Part shown: piece by piece, positions 57,201 through 64,000 of the stretch
Layout: each line of letters starts with the position of its first letter
How positions within the stretch are numbered: position 1 is the stretch's first letter
Source: a candidate division WOR-3 bacterium
Lineage (GTDB): Bacteria; Hydrothermota; Tepidihabitantia; Tepidihabitantales; Tepidihabitantaceae
DNA length: 64,000 bases
Assembly: GCA_965649295.1 (NCBI GenBank)
Contig: CBFGKH010000009.1
Coordinates: 1 to 64,000, forward strand
Reading direction: 5' to 3'
The notes under the pieces: generated by a model
Told to the model about the DNA's origin: nothing
The model's database searches: none
The model's input: the letters and a program-made list of their open reading frames with translations, nothing else
Program-made: the position numbers and the translations under genes

Positions 57201-58145
57201 ATGGCTGAGGGCTGGCTGGATTTCGAGGAACCACTAGCTCAACTTGTCTCACGACTAGAAGAACTGACGGCTATCGGTGCAAGAGATGAAGCGGCTCGGG
57301 TTAGCGAACAGATTCAAAAGCTCAAGACCAAGCTATATTCGGATCTTACGCCCTGGCAGCGGGTGCTACTTGCTCGTCATCCACGTCGGCCGTACATTCT
57401 TGATTACATTCCGCGGATTACGAGTGAGTTCGTAGAATTGCATGGCGACCGCCGTTTCGCCGACGATCCGGCGCTGGTGGCTGGTTTTGGTTTGATTGAC
57501 GGAATCCCTTTTGCCATCGTTGGTCAACAGAAAGGACGCGACACCAAGGAGAAGCTTGCCCGTAACTTCGGAATGCCTCACCCAGAGGGCTACCGTAAGG
57601 CATTGCGGGTGATGGAGCTTGCCGCCAGGTTTGGTCGGCCGATTCTGTCGCTGGTGGATGTTGCTGGCGCCTATCCTGGTGTTGGGGCGGAGGAGCGTGG
57701 TCAGGCAGAGGCGATTGCGACCTGCCTGCGGGAAATGGCAATGCTGCCGGTGCCATTTGTTTCAATCATCACTGGTGAGGGTGGTTCGGGTGGGGCTCTG
57801 GCGATTGCTGTCGGTAATCGTGTACTAATGCAGGAGAACGCGGTCTATTCGGTCATTACGCCAGAAGGATGTGCTTCGATTCTCTGGCGTGATGGTTCTC
57901 GGGCAGAAGAAGCGGCCAAGGTGATGCGAATGACCGCTCGGGAGCTGGCGGATTTTGGTATTATTGATGGCATCGTGCCTGAGCCCTTGGGCGGTGCCCA
58001 CCAGGATTGGGACGAAGCAGCTCAACTACTCAAGGCAGCAGTCCTGGCTAACTACCGGGAGCTTGTAGGCTTGGCCCCGCAGGAGCTCGTCGAGCGACGT
58101 ATCGAGCGGCTACGTGGCATTGGCGCATATGCCAACAGCGCCTGA
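57201..58145 (+). CDS. accA: Acetyl-CoA carboxylase carboxyltransferase alpha subunit
   Basis: LDFE.P, ARHP.RP, ELHGDR.F.DD, FGM.HPEGYRKA and GEGGSGGALA motifs. Confidence 0.96.
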   Translation: MAEGWLDFEEPLAQLVSRLEELTAIGARDEAARVSEQIQKLKTKLYSDLTPWQRVLLARHPRRPYILDYIPRITSEFVELHGDRRFADDPALVAGFGLIDGIPFAIVGQQKGRDTKEKLARNFGMPHPEGYRKALRVMELAARFGRPILSLVDVAGAYPGVGAEERGQAEAIATCLREMAMLPVPFVSIITGEGGSGGALAIAVGNRVLMQENAVYSVITPEGCASILWRDGSRAEEAAKVMRMTARELADFGIIDGIVPEPLGGAHQDWDEAAQLLKAAVLANYRELVGLAPQELVERRIERLRGIGAYANSA

Positions 58146-59031
58146 GTCGGCGTCGGTCTTTCGCTCCGGCTACGTTGCACTTATTGGCATGCCCAATGCT
58201 GGCAAGTCCACACTAGTTAATGCTCTTTTGCAGTTGCACATTGTGGCGGTCGCGCCACGCCCGCAGACGACTAGACATCGAATTCTCGGCATACTGAACG
58301 GCCCGGACCATCAGATTCTCCTTATCGATACGCCAGGGCTGCTTCAGCCGAAGTATGCTTTGCAGAAACTGATGAAGCTTGAGATCGAACGGGCGCTAGG
58401 CGATGCCGACCTGGTGCTCGCAGTTGTGGATGCAACCGTCGGGTTGGAGCAGCTCGATCGCCTACTGCCAATTGTCGCTGGTCGGCGAGCATTGTTTGCT
58501 GTGAACAAGGTAGATGCGATCAAAGACAAGACATTGTTGCTGCCAATCGCCGAGAGATTGGCAGCGGCTGGGCAGAATGATGTGCTGATGGTTTCGGCAT
58601 TACGAGGAGATGGAATTGTTGAACTCCGGCAGGCAATTGTTCGTCTGTTACCGCCGGGTCCTGCATTCTATCCGCAAGACCAAGTGACAGCACTGAACGA
58701 GCGCTTCTTTGTTGCCGAGTTCATTCGCGAGGCAATCTTCAATCTCTACGGAGCGGAGATACCATACTCGACGACCGTGGAGATAGAGGAATTTGTTGAG
58801 CGCGAGGGACGCAAGGACTACATCAAGGCAGTAATCTATGTTGAACGTGAGTCGCAAAAGGCGATTCTTATCGGTAAAGACGGTAAGGCGCTCAAGCGCG
58901 TCGGAGCTGCCGCCCGTCGCAATATCGAGGCGTTTCTGGAACGACCAGTCTATCTGGAGCTTTGGGTCAAGGTGGCAGAGGCCTGGCGTGAGAATGAGCG
59001 TTTCATCAGACAGCACATCTACGGCCACTGA
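58129..59031 (+). CDS. era: GTPase Era
   Basis: G.PNAGKSTL.N, PQTTR, DTPG, NKVD, EIPY, SQK.ILIGK.G and L.LWVKV motifs. Confidence 0.96.
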   Translation: MPTAPESASVFRSGYVALIGMPNAGKSTLVNALLQLHIVAVAPRPQTTRHRILGILNGPDHQILLIDTPGLLQPKYALQKLMKLEIERALGDADLVLAVVDATVGLEQLDRLLPIVAGRRALFAVNKVDAIKDKTLLLPIAERLAAAGQNDVLMVSALRGDGIVELRQAIVRLLPPGPAFYPQDQVTALNERFFVAEFIREAIFNLYGAEIPYSTTVEIEEFVEREGRKDYIKAVIYVERESQKAILIGKDGKALKRVGAAARRNIEAFLERPVYLELWVKVAEAWRENERFIRQHIYGH

Positions 59032-59449
59032 GGTCCGGGAGCAGTTTTCAGATCGTACGTAACACCTTCGGGTACAGTACTTATACGCAGGGCCCGGGAC
59101 GTCTTGGGACAGTTGATGCGAAATCGCGCCCGTTCTAGATGAGCCGAGTGTGCTGGCTGAAATGGGGTACTTGTCCGTCTCCCGTTGGTGCTTTCTATCT
59201 CCTTGTGGGTTCGCATGATTTATCTGTGCTTTTTGTCTATGCTATAGCTGCTGATCAGGCTGGGGAGAAACCGGCGACCGATGTTGATATGATGTGTTCT
59301 TGTTGTTGCCGACGAGAGAGGTCAACGCTTACTCCCTTTCTTGATGAATATCGTCCTTGCGGTTTTGACGTGCGCACGATGCTATTGAGCCTTACGCCTG
59401 GCGGGTTGAATGCTTGACTTGCTTGGGCTTGAGTTTATGATAGCGGCCA

Positions 59450-59953
59450 GTGCGTATTGCCAGCAGACCACGCAGGTACAGTCGGAGCTGTAGGTTTGGC
59501 CCCGGTGGTGTCCGAGTCTGCTTCGATTCAGGTCGTGTCGCCGGTGTTGATTTCGTTACCAGGCTCACGGCGCACGACACTGACCTTGTCCGTTTGCTTG
59601 AGCGTGCGCTGGACGGTCGGCCGCTTCACGGTGGCCAGAAGCTCGTGTCATTCTGTCAGTCGAGCTTCACCCGCCGTGTCCTTGCGGTCTGCGCCAAGAT
59701 TAGGCCGGGAAGCGTCATGACCTACGCTGAGCTAGCGAGAGCTGCTGGCCGACCCAATGCCGCACGGGCTGTGGGCCAGGTGATGCGGCACAATCGGTTC
59801 CCGCTGTTCATTCCCTGCCACCGTGTTGTCTGTTCTGATTTTCGGCTTGGCGGATTCAGTGGCGGCTTGAAGATGAAAGAGTTTTTGCTTGAGCGTGAGG
59901 GCTGGCAGTTTGCCGGTGCTGGCCGTAGTCGGCGGTTGGTAGCTATAGGATGA
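59450..59953 (+). CDS. ogt: Methylated-DNA--protein-cysteine methyltransferase
   Basis: TY.ELA...G.P.AARAVG, N..PL.IPCHRVV and LGGF.GG...K..LL..E motifs. Confidence 0.9.
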   Translation: MRIASRPRRYSRSCRFGPGGVRVCFDSGRVAGVDFVTRLTAHDTDLVRLLERALDGRPLHGGQKLVSFCQSSFTRRVLAVCAKIRPGSVMTYAELARAAGRPNAARAVGQVMRHNRFPLFIPCHRVVCSDFRLGGFSGGLKMKEFLLEREGWQFAGAGRSRRLVAIG

Positions 59954-60570
59954 GTCTGCGGGTTGAGAGAATCGTCGTAGGCCCACTGGCAACGAATTGC
60001 TACGTTGTTGAGTCGGCAAACGAGCTGGCGGTGATCGATCCCGGTGCAGAGGCGGATTCGATCCTTGCCAGGGTTACCGAATTGGGCGGGGTGGTTCGTT
60101 TTGTGATTGACACGCACGGTCACATTGACCACATTGGTGCGAATCGGCCACTGATCGAAGCTACTGGCGCCCCATTGTTGATTGGTGAATTGGATGCTGC
60201 AATGCTGATGCAGCCTGACCAGAGCTTGGCTTTCATGCTTGGTGCAAAGGTTGACGCGCTGACGCCAACGCGATTGTTACGCGACGGCGATCGACTCCAA
60301 GTTGGTCAGCATGAGCTCTCGGTCATGCATACGCCTGGGCACACGCCGGGCGGAATCTGTCTAATTGGTGACGGCCTAGCATTCACTGGGGACACGCTTT
60401 TTTTGGATTCGATCGGCCGAGTTGACTTTCCGGGCGGGTCGGAGGAGCAAATGATGGCTTCACTGCAGCGGTTGCAGATGGTGTTGCGACGTGATATGAT
60501 GCTGTACCCCGGCCATGGCGAACCAGGCAGTTTTTGCCGGGCGTTACTTATCAACCCTTTTCTGCATTGA
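59950..60570 (+). CDS. MBL-fold metallo-hydrolase (YcbL/GloC-like)
   Basis: THGHIDHIG, HTPGHTPG, GDTLF..SIGR.D.PGG and PGHG motifs. Confidence 0.92.
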   Translation: MSLRVERIVVGPLATNCYVVESANELAVIDPGAEADSILARVTELGGVVRFVIDTHGHIDHIGANRPLIEATGAPLLIGELDAAMLMQPDQSLAFMLGAKVDALTPTRLLRDGDRLQVGQHELSVMHTPGHTPGGICLIGDGLAFTGDTLFLDSIGRVDFPGGSEEQMMASLQRLQMVLRRDMMLYPGHGEPGSFCRALLINPFLH

Positions 60571-60615
60571 CTGTGGGTGGCGATGAACATTAGTGAATAG
60601 ATGAGAGGAGGCAAT

Positions 60616-61719
60616 GTGCCCAAGATTAGAGTTGGCTTGATTGGTGTCGGTAACTGCGCGAGTAGCCTTGTGCAAGGCGTACATTACTACCGCAACGCCA
60701 AAGACGGCGAATCAATACCCGGAATAATGCATCCCAGCCTTGGTGGTTATCACATCGGTGACATTGAGTTCACGGTGGCGATTGACATTGACAAGCGTAA
60801 GGTCGGCAAAGACTTATCGCAGGCAATCTATACCTATCCTAACAATACTTGGAAGTTCGCTGACGTTCCGAAGACCGGCGTAAAGGTACTGCGGGGAATG
60901 ACCCACGATGGTCTGGGTTACTATCTTTCACAGGTGATTGAGAAAGCACCAGGCCCGACAGCTGACATCGTTCGGGCATTGAAGGAGAGCAAGACCGACG
61001 TGGTTGTTAACTTCTTGCCAGTGGGCAGCGAGGAGGCCACGAAATGGTACGTTGAGCAAGTACTCAAAGCCGGCTGTGCGTTTGTCAACGGCATCCCGGT
61101 GTTTATCGCGTCGCAGAAGTATTGGCACCGGCGGTTCAAGGCAGCCGGGCTGCCGGTGCTCGGTGATGACATCAAATCGCAGGTTGGAGCGACGATTGTT
61201 CACCGGACACTAGTCTCGCTCTTCAATGATCGTGGGGTCAAGCTGCTGAAGACCATGCAGTTAAATGTCGGCGGCAACACCGATTTTCTCAATATGCTCG
61301 AACGGGAACGGTTGCACTCGAAGAAGATCTCCAAAACCGGTGCGGTGACGTCGTTGCTTAAGTATGATATTGGTGCCGAGAACGTTCATGTTGGCCCGTC
61401 AGACTACGTTGCCTGGCTCAAAGATCGCAAATGGTGCTACCTGCGTATGGAAGGGCAGACTTTTGGCGACGTACCGCTCAATATTGAGCTGAAGCTGGAA
61501 GTCTGGGATTCACCAAATTCAGCGGGCGTGATGATTGATGCTATCCGTTGTGCCAAGCTTGCTCTCGACCACAAGCTGTCCGGCAGTATCATTGAACCAT
61601 CGAGCTACTTCTTCAAGACGCCGCCGGTCCAGTTTCCAGACGACGTCTGTCGCGATAAGACCGAGGCTTTTGCCCGGCGTTATGGGCTCAAGTCCAGCGT
61701 GAAGTCAAAGACTCGATAG
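60616..61719 (+). CDS. ino1: Myo-inositol-1-phosphate synthase
   Basis: [45 protein letters not shown] and DSPNSAG motifs; GTG after GAGGAGG. Confidence 0.94.
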   Translation: MPKIRVGLIGVGNCASSLVQGVHYYRNAKDGESIPGIMHPSLGGYHIGDIEFTVAIDIDKRKVGKDLSQAIYTYPNNTWKFADVPKTGVKVLRGMTHDGLGYYLSQVIEKAPGPTADIVRALKESKTDVVVNFLPVGSEEATKWYVEQVLKAGCAFVNGIPVFIASQKYWHRRFKAAGLPVLGDDIKSQVGATIVHRTLVSLFNDRGVKLLKTMQLNVGGNTDFLNMLERERLHSKKISKTGAVTSLLKYDIGAENVHVGPSDYVAWLKDRKWCYLRMEGQTFGDVPLNIELKLEVWDSPNSAGVMIDAIRCAKLALDHKLSGSIIEPSSYFFKTPPVQFPDDVCRDKTEAFARRYGLKSSVKSKTR

Positions 61720-61732
61720 AAGCGCGGCCGAA

Positions 61733-62368
61733 TTGAAGCGCGGCGTCCTCATTACTTTCGAGGGTGTCGAGGGTTCGGGCAAGTCAACCCAGGCACAACG
61801 ACTGCATGGTTGGTTACGGAGCCAGGGATTAGACTGTGTGCTCTCGCGTGAACCTGGTGGAACGCGGATTGGTGACAGAATTCGTGATATTCTGCTCGAT
61901 CCTGCCAATGCAGCAATGGACAGCCGGACGGAGTTACTGCTCTACTTGGCAAGTCGAAATCAGCATGTCCGCGAATTGGTGCTGCCAGCAATCCAAGTGG
62001 GCAGAATCGTCATCCTTGATCGCTATGCCGATTCCTCGGTTGCCTATCAGGGTTTCGGCCGCGGCCTCGGCGAGCGGCTCGTATCTCGGCTAAACAAGTT
62101 CGCCACTGCTGGGATCAGGCCGCAGCTTACCTTATTGGTGGACATCCCTGTTTCGTTGGGGCAGCATCGTAAGGCAGCAACTCGGCTTGACAGACTTGAA
62201 CAGGAGCGGGTAGAATTTCACGAGCGCGTAAGAGCCGGGTATCTACGACTGGCACGGCGGGCCGCTGGCCGCTGGCGGGTCCTCGATGGCCGGCGACCGG
62301 CTGATGAAATTGAGAAAGAGATTCGCGGACTGGTGACTGAGCTACTAACTCGAAAGGGATTACTCTAG
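61733..62368 (+). CDS. tmk: Thymidylate kinase
   Basis: FEGVEGSGKSTQ, REPGGT, DRY.DSS.AYQG and DRLE motifs. Confidence 0.96.
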   Translation: MKRGVLITFEGVEGSGKSTQAQRLHGWLRSQGLDCVLSREPGGTRIGDRIRDILLDPANAAMDSRTELLLYLASRNQHVRELVLPAIQVGRIVILDRYADSSVAYQGFGRGLGERLVSRLNKFATAGIRPQLTLLVDIPVSLGQHRKAATRLDRLEQERVEFHERVRAGYLRLARRAAGRWRVLDGRRPADEIEKEIRGLVTELLTRKGLL

Positions 62369-63912
62369 TGCGCAGACAGCGTATTGCAGTTCTTGTGGCC
62401 GCTATCGTTCTGGCGCTGGCAGTTGGCGGATTCTTTGGCCGGCTCTGGGCTCAGCGCGGTGCGAACCTAATGCAGAGTCTGCAGCTGTTTGAGCGGGTTG
62501 TGAGCATCGTACTGACCAATTACGTCGAACGAGTTGATCCCGCCAAGCTCATCACCGACGGTATCAAGGGTATGCTCAATGCGCTTGATCCTTACACCGA
62601 GTATCTCGACGAGAAGGGTTTTAAGGAACTACGGGTTCGTACTGAAGGTCAGTTTGGCGGCATCGGTATTCATATCGGTGTTGTTGATGAACGGCTGACC
62701 GTTATTTCGCCCATTGAAGGCACCCCTGCCGACCGCGCTGGAATTCGGGGCGGCGACCGTATTGCCAAAATCGAAGGGAAGAGCACTGTCGGTTTCACCA
62801 CTGATGATGCCGTCAAGTTGATACGCGGCGAGCCTGGAACCAAGGTGAAGCTCGAAATCGCCAGACCCGGGGTTGAGGGATTGCTGTCCTTCGAACTGAC
62901 CCGGGAGGTGATTAACATCAAGGCGGTTCCCTACGCCGGCATTGTGGCGCCGGAAATTGGGTATGTTCGGCTGGCCGATTTCTCGCGGGCGGCGACCCGC
63001 GACCTAAGCCGGGCTCTGGATTCACTTTTTGCTGTCGGCGCCAAGAAGATCATCCTCGACCTGCGGGCCAACGGAGGAGGACTACTGGCCGAAGGGCAGG
63101 ATGTTTCTGATCTCTTTCTCCCGCCAGGTCGGTTGATTGTTAAGACTCGTGGCCGCGTACCGGAGAGCGAGCGGGAATACCGTAGCGAAGAGGAGGATAA
63201 GCACGGCGACTACCCGATGATTGTACTGGTTGACCGTGGCAGCGCGTCGGCTTCAGAGATTGTTGCTGGGGCGCTCCAAGACTGGGAAAGGGCGCTCGTT
63301 CTTGGCGACACGACATTTGGGAAAGGTTCTGTTCAAACTATCCATCAACTCGGCCCCGACGTCGCGGTAAAGATCACTACCGCTTACTGGTACACCCCGA
63401 GTGGCCGCTGCATCAACCGACGCCACGATCGCGAGGGTGCCGTCATTGTTGACAGCACTGCTCGTGATACGACTCAGTACCGGACGCTTGGGCGTTTGCG
63501 GCTGCCGGTTTCTGGTGGCGGAGCAATTGTTCCGGACTACTATCTTGGTTACGAGCGGTTGTCGTCATTTGAGCTGCGGATCACCCGTGACGCATTCTTT
63601 GACTTCGCGGTCGACTATAACAACAGTCACGCTGGCTTGAACGCGAGTTTTGTGGCCGACTCAGTCGTGCTCGGTCAGTTCCGTAACTATCTAAGGACGG
63701 TGAAGAATCTCGAGTTCACCGATGCCGAGTTCGATTCCAGCCGCGATTACATCGCCGGCGAGATTGAACGCGAGGTGGTCGGTAAGTTGCTGGGGATGCG
63801 CGGAGAGTATCAGGTCAGACTGCGCCGCGACCCGCACGTGAAGAAGGCAGTCGAGCTACTCGGGCCGGCGCGGACAAGTGAAGCACTGATCCGCAGCGCC
63901 CGGCAGTCCTGA
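62368..63912 (+). CDS. ctpA: S41 C-terminal processing peptidase
   Basis: LDPYT.Y, FGGIG, PDZ, DLR.NGGG.L, SASASEIV.GALQD, TFGKGSVQ and YTPSGR.I motifs. Confidence 0.93.
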   Translation: MRRQRIAVLVAAIVLALAVGGFFGRLWAQRGANLMQSLQLFERVVSIVLTNYVERVDPAKLITDGIKGMLNALDPYTEYLDEKGFKELRVRTEGQFGGIGIHIGVVDERLTVISPIEGTPADRAGIRGGDRIAKIEGKSTVGFTTDDAVKLIRGEPGTKVKLEIARPGVEGLLSFELTREVINIKAVPYAGIVAPEIGYVRLADFSRAATRDLSRALDSLFAVGAKKIILDLRANGGGLLAEGQDVSDLFLPPGRLIVKTRGRVPESEREYRSEEEDKHGDYPMIVLVDRGSASASEIVAGALQDWERALVLGDTTFGKGSVQTIHQLGPDVAVKITTAYWYTPSGRCINRRHDREGAVIVDSTARDTTQYRTLGRLRLPVSGGGAIVPDYYLGYERLSSFELRITRDAFFDFAVDYNNSHAGLNASFVADSVVLGQFRNYLRTVKNLEFTDAEFDSSRDYIAGEIEREVVGKLLGMRGEYQVRLRRDPHVKKAVELLGPARTSEALIRSARQS

Positions 63913-63945
63913 GGCCCTTTGGTCGGCCACAGCAGCTAGACAAAG

Positions 63946-64000
63946 GTGCCGGAACTGCCAGAAGTCGAGACCATCCGACGCCGACTCTCTTCAGCAGTTG
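63946..64000 (+). CDS. mutM: Formamidopyrimidine-DNA glycosylase, 5' end only (runs off window)
   Basis: GTG 63946 then PELPEVETIRRRL, the Fpg/Nei N-terminal signature. Confidence 0.85.
   Translation, partial: MPELPEVETIRRRLSSAV

Noticed and set aside
189..63640. Numerous alternative-frame and antisense ORFs in the track (e.g. 582-1244, 4388-5047, 31485-32180, 52934-53200)
   Set aside because: They overlap well-supported genes, lack motifs and are expected shadows in GC-rich DNA.

Overview
A mostly housekeeping chromosomal window from an anaerobic, diderm, probably peptide-fermenting bacterium. The gene content suggests an FCB-associated lineage such as candidate division WOR-3; this is inference. 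It encodes MEP-pathway genes (ispD, dxr) with trpS and rseP, three 2-oxoacid:ferredoxin oxidoreductase sets, carbamate kinase, phosphate butyryltransferase, a group 3c-type NiFe hydrogenase, the rpsP-khpA-trmD-rplS-rnhB cluster (without rimM), xerC, a two-domain ThyX, a stand-alone EF-G, envelope genes (lpxB, a WbaP-like transferase, glycosyltransferases), a gingipain-like C25 protease and PorV/PorZ-like proteins. The most unusual signals are non-coding. (1) A hidden, strictly phased 12-bp array (about 23 units of a quasi-palindromic RRC-N-GYY heptamer plus 5 variable bases, 10223-10498) lies next to a 36-bp near-perfect palindrome and a large, uncharacterised XRE-HTH protein gene. (2) A second, more degenerate 12-bp-phased GAC array (40408-40659) lies upstream of a decayed GIY-YIG-like gene and xerC. 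Other points of note: an unannotated 54-aa protein with a duplicated CCxxCxx[Y/F]xxC motif, an ispD without a canonical start codon, a radical-SAM-like protein with a non-canonical cysteine motif, an internally deleted ISNCY/IS1202-like remnant, and many TTGAC-N16-TAnnnT promoters that imply leaderless mRNAs. No rRNA, tRNA or CRISPR array was recognised.
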